DNA of 64,000 bases from Eledone cirrhosa (Eukaryota), in assembly GCA_964016885.1 (NCBI GenBank), contig OZ024740.1, positions 12,152,001-12,216,000 of the forward strand, in the 5' to 3' direction. A program made the position numbers and the translations under genes. Below, one piece after another: positions 15,201 to 26,500 of the stretch. Within the stretch, counting starts at the first letter, position 1. Each line of letters starts with the position of its first letter. The notes beneath the pieces are model-generated. The model was not told the origin of the DNA. It ran no database searches and saw only the letters and a list, made by a program, of their open reading frames with translations.

Positions 15201-18200
15201 TCTAACCCTTGTTAGCCCTACTCTAGTACAGACTTAGTGTATGTAGACCTGTCTAACCCTTGTTAGCCCTACTTCAGTACTGACTTAGTCTATATAGACC
15301 TGTCTAACCCTTGTTAGCCCTACTTCAGTACTGACTTAGTCTATGTAAACCTGTCTAACACTTGTTAGCCCTACTTCAGTACTGACTTAGTCTATGTCGT
15401 CCTATCTGACCCTTGTTAGCCCCACTCCAGTACTGACCTGGTCTATGTAGTCCTGTTTAACCCTTGTTAGCCCTACTCCAGTACTGACTTAATCTATGTA
15501 GACATGTCTAACCCTTGTTAGCCCTACTCCAGTACTGACTTAGTCTATGTAGACCTGTCTAACACTTGTTAGCCCTACTTGAGTACTGACTTAGTCTTTG
15601 TAGACCTGTATAACCCTTGTTAGCCCTACTTCAGTACTGACTTAGTCTATGTAGACCTGTATAACCCTTGTTAGCCCTACTTCAGTACTGACTTAGTCTA
15701 TGTAGACCTATCTAACCCTTGTTAGCTTTACTTCAGTACTGACCTGGTCTATGTAGACCTATCTAACCCTTGTTAGTCTACTCCAGTACTGACTTAGTCT
15801 ATGTAGACCTGTCTAACCCCTGTTAGCTCTACTTCAGTACTGACGTAGTCTATGTAGACCTGTCTAACCCTTGTTAGCCCTACTCAAGTACTGACTGGGT
15901 CGATATAGACCTGTCTAACCCTTGTAAGCCCTACTTTAGTACTGTCTTAGTCTGTGTAAACCTGTCTAACCTTTGTTAGCCCTACTTCAGTACTGATCTG
16001 GTCTATGTAGACCTGTCTAGCCTTGTTAGCCTACTTCAGTACTGACTTAGTCTATGTAGACCTGTCTAACCCTTGTTAGCCCTACTCCAGTACTGACTGG
16101 GTCGATATAGACCTGTCTAACCCTTGTTAGCCCTACTTCAGTACTGACTTAGTCTATGTAGACCTGTCTAATCATTGTTAACCCCACTCCAGTACTGATA
16201 TGGTCTATGGAGACCTGTCTAACCCTTTTTACCCCTACTTCAGTATTGACTTAGTCTATGTAGACCTGTCTAACACTTGTTAACCCCACTCCAGTACTGA
16301 TGTGGTCTATGTAGACCTGTCTGACCCTTGTTAGCCCTACTTCAGTACTGACTTAGTCTATGTAGACCTGTCTAACACTTCTTAGCCCTACTTCAGTACT
16401 GACCTGGTCTATGTAGATCTGTCTAACCCTTGCTAGCCCTACTTCAGTACTGACTTAATCTATGTAGACCTGTCTAACCCTTGTAAGCCCTACATCAGTA
16501 CTGACTTAGTCTATGTAGACCTGTCTAACCCTTGTTAGCCATACTTCAGTACAGACCTGTTCTATGTAGACCTGTCTAACCCTTGTTAGCCTACTCCAGT
16601 ACTGACATAGTCTATGTAGACCTTTCTAACCCTTGTTAGCCCTACTCCAGTACTGACTTAGTCTATGTAGACATGTCTAACCCTTGTTAGCTCTACTTCA
16701 GTACTGACTTAGTCTATGTAGACCTGTCTAAACTTTGTTAGCCCTACTTCAGTACTGACTTAGTCTATGTAGACCTGTCTAACCCTTGTTAGCCCTACTC
16801 CAGTACTGGCTGGGTCGATATAGACCTGTCTAACCCTTGTTAGCCCTACTTCATTACTGACTTAATCTATATAGACCTAACTAACCCTTGTTAGCCCCAC
16901 TCCGATACTGACTTAGTCTATGTAGACATATTTAACCCTTGTCTGCCCTACTCGAGAACTTACTGGTTCGATATAGACCTGTTAGCCCTACTTCAGTACT
17001 GACTTAGTATATGTAGACCTGTCTAACCCTTGTTAGCCCTACTCCAGTACTGACGTAGTCTATGTAGACCTATCTAACCTTTGTTAGCCCCACTCCAGTA
17101 CTGACTTAATCTATCTAGACGTGTCTAACCCTTGTTTACCCTACTCCAGTACTGACTGGGTCGATATAGACCTGTCTAACCCTTGTTAGCCCTACTTCAG
17201 TACTGACTTAGTCTATGTAGACCTGTCTAACCCTTGTTAGCCCTACTCCAGTACTGACTGGTTCGATATAGATCTTCTAACAATTGTTAGCCCGACTTCA
17301 GTACTGACTTAGTCTATGTAGACCTGTATAACCCTTGTTAGCCCTACTCCAGTACTGACTTAGTCTATGTTGACCTATCTAACCCTTGTTAGCCCCACTC
17401 CAGTACTGACTTAGTGTATGTAGACCTGTCTAAGCCTGTTTAGCCTTACTTCAGTACTGACTTAGTCTATCTAGACGTGTCTAACCCTTGTTAGCCCTAC
17501 TCCAGTACTGACTGGGTCGATATAGTCTTGTCTAACCCTGGTTAGCCCTACTTCAGTACTGACTTAGTCTCTGTAGACCTGTCTAACCCTTGTTAGCCCT
17601 ACTTCAGTACTGACCAGGTCTATGTAGACCTTTCTAACCCTTGTTAGCCCTACTCCAGTACTGACTTTATCTATGTAGACCTGTCTAACCCTCGTTAGCC
17701 CTATTTCAGTACTGACCTGGTCTATGTAGACCTGTCTAACCCTTGTTAGCCCTACTCCAGTACTGACTTAATCTATGTAGACCTGTCTAACCCTTGTTAG
17801 CCCCACTCCAGTACTGACCTGGTCTATGTAGACCTGTCTAACCCTTGTTAACTCCACTCCAGTACTGATATGGTCTATGTAAATCTGTCTAACCCTTGTT
17901 AGCCCTACTTCAGTACTGACTTAGTCTATGTAGACCTGTCTAACCCTTGTTAGCCCTACTTCAGTACTGACTGGGTCTATATAGACCTGTCTAACCCTTG
18001 TTAGCCCTACTCCAGTACTGACTTAATCTATGTAGACCTGTCTAACCCTTGTTAGCCCCACTCCAGTACTGACCTGGTCTATGTAGACCTGTCTAACCCT
18101 TGTTAACTCCACTCCAGTACTGATATGGTCTATGTAAACCTGTCTAACACTTGTTAGCCCTACTTCAGTACTGACTTAGTCTATGTAGACCTCTCTAACC

Positions 18201-19058
18201 CTTGTTAACCCTACTTCAGTACTGACTGGGTCTATGTAGACCTGTCTAACCCTTGTTAGCCCTACTTCAGTACTGACCTGGTCTATGTAGACCTGTCTAA
18301 CCCTTGTTTGCCCTACTTCAGGGGTGACTGGGTCAATGTAGACCTGTCTAACCCTTGTTAACCCTACTTCAGTATTGACTTAGTCTATGTAGACCTGTCT
18401 AACCCTTGTTAGCCCTACTTCAGTACTGACTTAGTCTATGTAGTCATGTCTGACCCTTGTTAGCCCCACTCCAGTACTGACGTGGTCTATGTAGACCTGT
18501 CTAACTCTTGTTATCCCTACTTCAGTACTGACCTGGTCTATATAGACCTGTCTAACCCTTGTTAGCCCTACTTCAGGACTGACTTAGTCTATTTAGACCT
18601 GTCTAAACCTTATTAGCCCTACTTCAGTACTGACCTGGTCTATGTTGACCTGTCTAACTCCTGTTAGCCCTACTTTAGGACTGACTTAGTCTATGTAGAC
18701 CTTTCTAACCCTTGTTAGCCCTACTTCAGTACTGACCTGGTCTATGTAGACCTGTCTAACCCTTGTTAGCCCTACTTCAGTACTGACTTAGTCTATGTAG
18801 ACCTGTCTAACCCTTGTTAGCCCTACTTGAGGGCTGACTTAGTCTATGTAGACCTGTGTAACTCTTGTTAGCCCTACTTCAGTTCTGCCCTCGTCTATGT
18901 TGACCTGTCTAACCCTTGTTAGCCCTAATTCAGGACTGACTTCGTCTATGTAGACCTGTTTAACCCTTCATAGCCCTACTTCAGTACTGACGTGGTCTAT
19001 GTAGACCTGTCTAACCCTTGTTAGCCCTACTTCAGGACTAACTGGGTCAATGTAGACC
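1..19058. repeat. 51-bp tandem satellite, ~370 monomers, runs off the left edge of the window
   Basis: Consensus monomer ctacttcagtactgacttagtctatgtagacctgtctaacccttgttagcc (e.g. 2642-2692) repeats head-to-tail without spacers. Scattered substitutions and 1-bp indel monomers (gcctactcc, ctggttatg). The array dissolves at ~19058 (…tgtagacccttccaacc). Confidence 0.97.
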
Positions 19059-19099
19059 CTTCCAACCTTTCTACCAGGGAAAGTGGACATTAAATGATG

Positions 19100-19130
19100 A
19101 TATATATATGTGTGTGTGTTGTGTGAGTGT
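19100..19130. repeat. (TA)n(TG)n microsatellite
   Basis: atatatatatgtgtgtgtgttgtgtgagtgt. Confidence 0.8.
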
Positions 19131-19261
19131 GCAAAAAGTAAACAGATACAACAAAGCAAACAACACAGCACAATGAATAATATATTAGTTTTATGCTTGA
19201 AATAGTAGGAAAAGAGTCTTTGAAAAAGAAAATATATATATATGGTTACGGTGTCTATGGT

Positions 19262-19645
19262 AGCAGTGGAGATGAAGAGGATGTTGTGGTGGTGGTGGTG
19301 GTGGTAGTTTTGGTGGGGAGAGTGGTGGGTGGTGAGGATAATAGTTGTGGTGGTGGTGGGGATGGAGAGGATCTTGTGGTGGTGGTGGTGGTGGTGGTGG
19401 GGAGGGTAGTGAGGATAATAGTTGTGGTGGTGGTGGTGGTGGTGGTTTTGGTGGGGAGGATCGTGGGTGGTGAGGATAATAGTTGTGGTGGGGATGGTGG
19501 GGATGGTGAGGATGCTGTGGTGGTTTTGGTGGGGAGGGTGGTCGGTGGTGAGGATAATAGTTGTGGTGGTGGTGGGGAGGGTGAGGATGTTGTGGTGGCG
19601 GTGGTTTTGGTGGGGAGGGTGGGGATGATGGTGATGGAGGTTGAA
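19262..19645. repeat. G/T-rich degenerate minisatellite, 4-5 units of ~60-80 bp with (GGT)n runs
   Basis: gttttggtgggga recurs at 19307, 19445, 19523 and 19604; gaggataatagttgtgg at ~19334, 19411, 19472 and 19550. Confidence 0.85.
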
Positions 19646-19752
19646 GATAATAAATTCATTGTCTTCCACCCCTTGCCATGACCCAACCCAAGAAGATAGA
19701 TTGGAAAAGCCAGTGAATCAAAGAACCAAACCTCCAGAACAAATAGAAGGAA

Positions 19753-19845
19753 ATGTTTATTTTGTGTGAAATTCTCCTGATATTGTATTCACCACAGGTG
19801 ACTGGGAGGGACATTACCTGTCCTAAGCACACCTGTAGGGTGTGA
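19753..19845 (+). other. 30-codon ORF MFILCEILLILYSPQVTGRDITCPKHTCRV; possible small exon (signal-peptide-like first exon, or a terminal exon starting at 19798)
   Basis: ATG 19753, TGA 19843-19845. Hydrophobic N-terminus followed by V-T-G. CAG|GTGACT at 19797/19798 can be read as donor or acceptor. AATAAA at 19888-19893. Short enough to arise by chance. Confidence 0.2.
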
Positions 19846-19854
19846 AACTAATGT

Positions 19855-19935
19855 CTATATATATGTGTGAATATATGTGTATGTATAAATAAAAAGGTAG
19901 GAATATATATTATATGATGATAATATATATATATG
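19855..19935. repeat. AT-rich low-complexity tract with (TA)n/(TG)n runs
   Basis: ctatatatatgtgtgaatatatgtgtatgtata … taatatatatatatg. Confidence 0.7.
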
Positions 19936-19944
19936 AGCACTGCG

Positions 19945-20190
19945 ATTTTTCCATGCTTGCATGAGTTAGATGTTGTCCTGTTATGAGACAAGTCAGATCA
20001 GATGACTGTCTTGTTCATACAGAACTGATTTTGGCTTGGTTTCTAATGCTGGAGGCCCTTCCTAACACCAACCACTTTTATAGTGTAGGATTGGATGGTC
20101 CCACTTATAAAGCAAATTTGGCCAGTTGACCTCATTTCAGCTGGGTTTTTACAGCAGTTGGATGTCCTTAACACCAATCACATTTACAGT
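19945..20190 (+). mobile_element. Decayed SINE/MITE-like interspersed repeat fragments (two diverged copies of one core)
   Basis: Seen: ggtttctaatgctggaggcccttcctaacacaaccacttttatagtg (~20038-20085) and ggtttttacagcagttggatgtccttaacaccaatcacatttacagtg (~20143-20190) align with each other. From memory only: this core and the upstream ttttccatgcttgcatg resemble an abundant Octopus repeat; not verified. Confidence 0.4.
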
Positions 20191-20522
20191 GAGGAAGCCA
20201 AACCGTGTACCTAGGAGGACCTGTTTTGGATAAGTGTACAAAGTAATGGGCGGGAAGGTCGTGGAAATGAGGGGCAATGCAAGGCAAATTTGACCTCGGA
20301 GGGATGTGAATTCGGTGAAGACAGAGAGAGCTGGAATAAATACAGATAATTCACTGCTTTCACTATACTTATGTAACCAACAGTAACAATAGCAGTGATC
20401 TCAACCACCATCAACATCAACAATAACAGCAACAATAACAACATCAATAACAACAAAAACAGCATCATCAACAACAATAACACCAATACAACCAACATCA
20501 ACAACACCACCACCACCACTAA

Positions 20523-23500
20523 CAACAGCACCACCAACACCACTACCAACACCACCAGCCACTTACAACATCACCCCCTACACCAGCAACACCAACACCA
20601 CCACTAACACCACCACCAACAACACCACCACTAACAACACCTCCACCAACAACACCACCAACAATAACACCACCACTAACAGCACCACCACAAACAACAC
20701 CACCACCAAAAACAGCACCACCAACACCACCACCACCTACAACACCAACAACACCAACACCACCACTAACAACACCACCACAAACAACACCACCACCAAC
20801 AACAACACCACCAACAACACTACCACCAACAACACCACCAACAACAACACCACCAACAACAACACCACCAACAACACTACCACCAACAACACCACCAACA
20901 ACAACACCACCACCACCAACAACACCACCAACAACAACACCACCAACAACAACACCACCAACAACACCACCACCAACAACACCACCAACAACAACACCAC
21001 CAACAACAACACCACCAACAACAACACCACCAGCAACAACACCACCACCACCTACAACACCAACAACAACACCACCACCGACAACACCAACAACAACAAC
21101 ACCAACAACAACACCAACAACAACTGCACCTAAACCACCAACAACAACACCACCTACACCACCAACAACAATACCACCACCAACAACACCACCACCGATA
21201 ACTACACCACCAACAACACCACCACCTACAACAACAACACCACCACAAACACCACCACCAACAATACCAACAACAACAACGCCACCACCAACAACACCAC
21301 CAACAACACCAATACCAACACCAATAGCAACAACAACACAACCACCAACACCACCACTAACAACACCAACACCAACACCACCATCAACAACACCAGCACC
21401 AACAACAACACCACCAACAACAACACAACCAACAAAAAAACCACAATCAACACCACCACCAACAACAACAGCAACAACATCACCACCAACAACACCGCCG
21501 CCAAAAACACCACCACCAACAACACCACATACACCACCAGCAACAACACCAACAACACCAACAACAACACCACCAACAACACCACCACCTACAACAACAC
21601 CACCAACACCACCACCAACAACACCACCTCCAACAACACCAACAACACCACCACCAACAACAACACCAACAACAACAGCACCTAAACCACCAACAACAAC
21701 ACCACCTACACCACCATCAACAACACCACCTACACCACCAACAACAACACCACCTACACCACCACCAACAACACCACCACCGATAACTACACCACCAACA
21801 ACACCACCACCTACAACAACAACACCACCACCAACAACACCATCACCAATAACAACACCACCAACAACACCACCACCTACAACAACACCACCAACACCAC
21901 CACCAACAACACCACCACCAACAACACCAACAACACCACCACCAACAACAACACCACCAACAACACTACCAACAACAACACCACCAACACCACCACCAAC
22001 ACCACCAACACCAACACCACCATCAACAACACCACCACCAACAACAACAACACCAACAACCCCACCACCAACACCACCACCAAAAACACCACCACCAACA
22101 ACACCAGCACCATCAACACCACCAACAACACCACCACCAACACCACCACCAAAAACACCACCACCAACACCACCAACACCACCACCAACACCACCAACAA
22201 CAACGACACCAACAACACCACCAACAACAACACCACCAACAACAACACCACCAACAACACCACCACCAACAACACCACCAACAACAACACCACCAACAAC
22301 AACACCACCAACAACAACACCACCAGCAACAACACCACCACCACCTACAACACCAACAACAACACCACCACCGACAACACCAACAACAACAACACCAACA
22401 ACAACACCAACAACAACTGCACCTAAACCACCAACAACAACACCACCTACACCACCAACAACAATACCACCACCAACAACACCACCACCGATAACTACAC
22501 CACCAACAACACCACCACCTACAACAACAACACCACCACAAACACCACCACCAACAATACCAACAACAACAACGCCACCACCAACAACACCACCAACAAC
22601 ACCAATACCAACACCAATAGCAACAACAACACAACCACCAACACCACCACTAACAACACCAACACCAACACCACCATCAACAACACCAGCACCAACAACA
22701 ACACCACCAACAACAACACAACCAACAAAAAAACCACAATCAACACCACCACCAACAACAACAGCAACAACATCACCACCAACAACACCGCCGCCAAAAA
22801 CACCACCACCAACAACACCACATACACCACCAGCAACAACACCAACAACACCAACAACAACACCACCAACAACACCACCACCTACAACAACACCACCAAC
22901 ACCACCACCAACAACACCACCTCCAACAACACCAACAACACCACCACCAACAACAACACCAACAACAACAGCACCTAAACCACCAACAACAACACCACCT
23001 ACACCACCATCAACAACACCACCTACACCACCAACAACAACACCACCTACACCACCACCAACAACACCACCACCGATAACTACACCACCAACAACACCAC
23101 CACCTACAACAACAACACCACCACCAACAACACCATCACCAATAACAACACCACCAACAACACCACCACCTACAACAACACCACCAACACCACCACCAAC
23201 AACACCACCACCAACAACACCAACAACACCACCACCAACAACAACACCACCAACAACACTACCAACAACAACACCACCAACACCACCACCAACACCACCA
23301 ACACCAACACCACCATCAACAACACCACCACCAACAACAACAACACCAACAACCCCACCACCAACACCACCACCAAAAACACCACCACCAACAACACCAG
23401 CACCATCAACACCACCAACAACACCACCACCAACACCACCACCAAAAACACCACCACCAACACCACCAACACCACCACCAACACCACCAACAACAACGAC

Positions 23501-26500
23501 ACCAACAACACCACCAACAACAACACCACCACCAACACCACCACCAACAACACCACCAACAACAACACCACCATCAACACCACCACCAAAAGCACCACCA
23601 CCAACACCACCAACAACAGCACCACCACCAACTACACCACCACCAACAACACCACCTCCAACAACACCACCAACAACACTACCAACAACACCACCTCCAA
23701 CACCACCACCAACAACACTACAAACAACAACACCACCAGCAACAACACCACCACTAACACCAACACCACCAACAACACCACCACCAACAACAACACCAAA
23801 ACCACCAACACCACCAACAACACCACCATCAACAAAACTAACCACACCACCACCAACAACACCACCACCAACAACAACACCAACAACAACACCAGCAACA
23901 ACAGCACCACCACCAACGACACCACCACCAACAACACCACCACAAACAACACCACCACCAACAACATTAACAACACCACCACCAACAACACCACCACCAA
24001 CAACAACACCAACAACAACACCACCACCAACAACACCACAAACAACAACACCAACAACACCAACACCAACAACACTAACAACACCACCACCAACAACACC
24101 ACCAACAACAACAACACCAACAACAACACCACCATCAACAACACCACCTCCAACAACACCAACAACAACACCACCTCCAACAACACCACCAACAAAACTA
24201 CCAACAACAACAACAACACCACCACCAACACCACCAACAACAACAACACCACCACCACCACCAACAACACCACCTCCAACAACACCACCAACAACACCAC
24301 CTCCAACAACACCACCTCCAACACCACCACCAACAACACCACCACCAACAAAACCACCACCAACAATACCAACAACAACAACTCCAACAACAACACCACC
24401 ACCAACAACACCACCTCCAACAACACCAGCAACAGCACCACCAACAACACCACCAACAACAACAACAACACCAACAACAACAATACCACCACCAACAACA
24501 CCACCTCCAACAACACCAACAACAACACCACCAACAACAACACCACCAACAACACCACCTCCAACAACACCAACAACAACAACACCAACAACAACATCAC
24601 CACCACCAACAACACCACCTCCAACAACACCAACAACAACAACACCAACAACAACAACACAACAACCAACAACACCACCAACACCAACAACAACAACACC
24701 AACACCAACAACAACACCAAAAACAACACCAACAAGAATATCACCAACACCACCAACAACAACACCACCACCAACAACAAATCCAACAACAACACCACCA
24801 AAAACACCACCAACAACACTAACAACACCACTACCAACAACACCAGCAACAACACCGCCAACAACAACACCAACAACACCAACACCAACAACACTAACAA
24901 CACCACCAACAACACCACCACCAACAACAACACCACCAACACCACCAACAACACCACCACCAACAACAACACCACCAACACCACCACCAAAAACACCACC
25001 ACCAACAACAACACCACCAACAACACCACCAACAACAACACCAACAACAACACCAACAACACCACCACCAACAACAACACCAACAACAACACCACCAACA
25101 ACACCACCACCACCAACAACACCACCAACAACACCACCAACAACAACACCAACAACAACACCAACAACACCACCACCAACAACAACACCAACAACAACAC
25201 CAACAACACCACCACCAACAACAACACCAACAACACCACCACCAAAAACACCACCACCAACAACAACACCACCAACAACACCACCAACAACAACACCAAC
25301 AACACCACCACCAACAACAACACCAACAACAACACCAACAACAACACCACCAACAACAACACCAGCAACAACAACACCAGCAACAACAACACCACGACCA
25401 ACAACACCACGACCAACAACACCACCACCAACAACACCACCAACAACACCACCAGCATCAACACTACCACCAACAACAACACCACCAACAACAACACCAC
25501 CAAAAACACCACTACCAACAACACCAACAACACCACCACCAAAAACACCACCACCAACAACACCACCACCAACAACAACACCACCAACAACAACACCACC
25601 ACCAACAACAACACCAACAACAACACCACCAACAACACCACCACCAACAACAACACCACCAACAACAACACCATCAACAATACCACGACCAACAACACCA
25701 CCACCAACAACAACACCACCAACAACAACACCACCAACAACACCAACAACAACATCACCACCACCAACAACAACACCATCAACAATACCACTACCAACAA
25801 CACCAACAACACCACCAGCATCAACACTACCACCAACAACACCACCACCAACAACACCACCACCAACAACACCACCACCAACAACAACACCATCAACAAT
25901 ACCACGACCAACAACACCAACAACACCACCAACAACAACACCACCACCAACAACACCACCACCAACAAGACCACCACCAACAACACCACCAACAACAACA
26001 CCACCAACAACCCCACCAACAACAACACCACCAACAACAACACCACCAACAACACCACCACCAACAACACCAACAACACCACCACCAACAATACCACCAA
26101 CAACAACACCACCAACAACAACACCACCAACAACACCACTACCAACAACACCAACTATACCACCACCAACAAAACTAACCACACCACCACCAACAACACC
26201 ACCACCAACAACACCACCACCAACAACAACACCAGCAACAACAACACCACCACCAACAACACCAACAACACCACCACCAACAACACTAACAACACCACCA
26301 CCAACAACACCAGCAACAACAACACCAACACCAACAACACTAAACAAACAACAACCAACAACACTAACAACACCACTACCAACAACACCAACACCACCAA
26401 CAACACTAACCACACAACCACCAACAACACTAACAACACCACTACAAACAACACCAGCAACAACAACACCAACACCAACAAAACTAACCACACCACCACC

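Noticed and set aside
1-19058. CRISPR array (palindromic repeats at regular spacing)
   Set aside because: Monomers are contiguous with no unique spacers, there are no cas genes, and the context is eukaryotic-like.
1-19058. Satellite as a 17-aa repeat protein under a TAA/TAG=Gln code (the two main variants, TAA and CAG, would be synonymous)
   Set aside because: Frequent 50/52-bp monomers break the frame, other common variants are missense (GAA/GGA, AGA/ATA), and nothing else suggests a ciliate-type code.
1-19058. True telomere tract
   Set aside because: Only isolated TAACCC-like words occur; there is no tandem (CCCTAA)n.
18968-19686. Four overlapping ORFs (His-, Val/Gly-, Thr/Pro- and Trp-rich)
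   Set aside because: They are different frames of one (GGT)n minisatellite running into microsatellite DNA, with no domain-like sequence.
19794-19836. Hairpin acaggtg…cacctgt as an ncRNA or terminator
   Set aside because: Only a 7-bp stem with no recognisable RNA family features; compatible with chance.
20211-20607. Leu/Val-rich 114-aa and Asn-rich 70-aa ORFs
   Set aside because: Low-complexity translations of the degenerate start of the array, with non-ATG starts.
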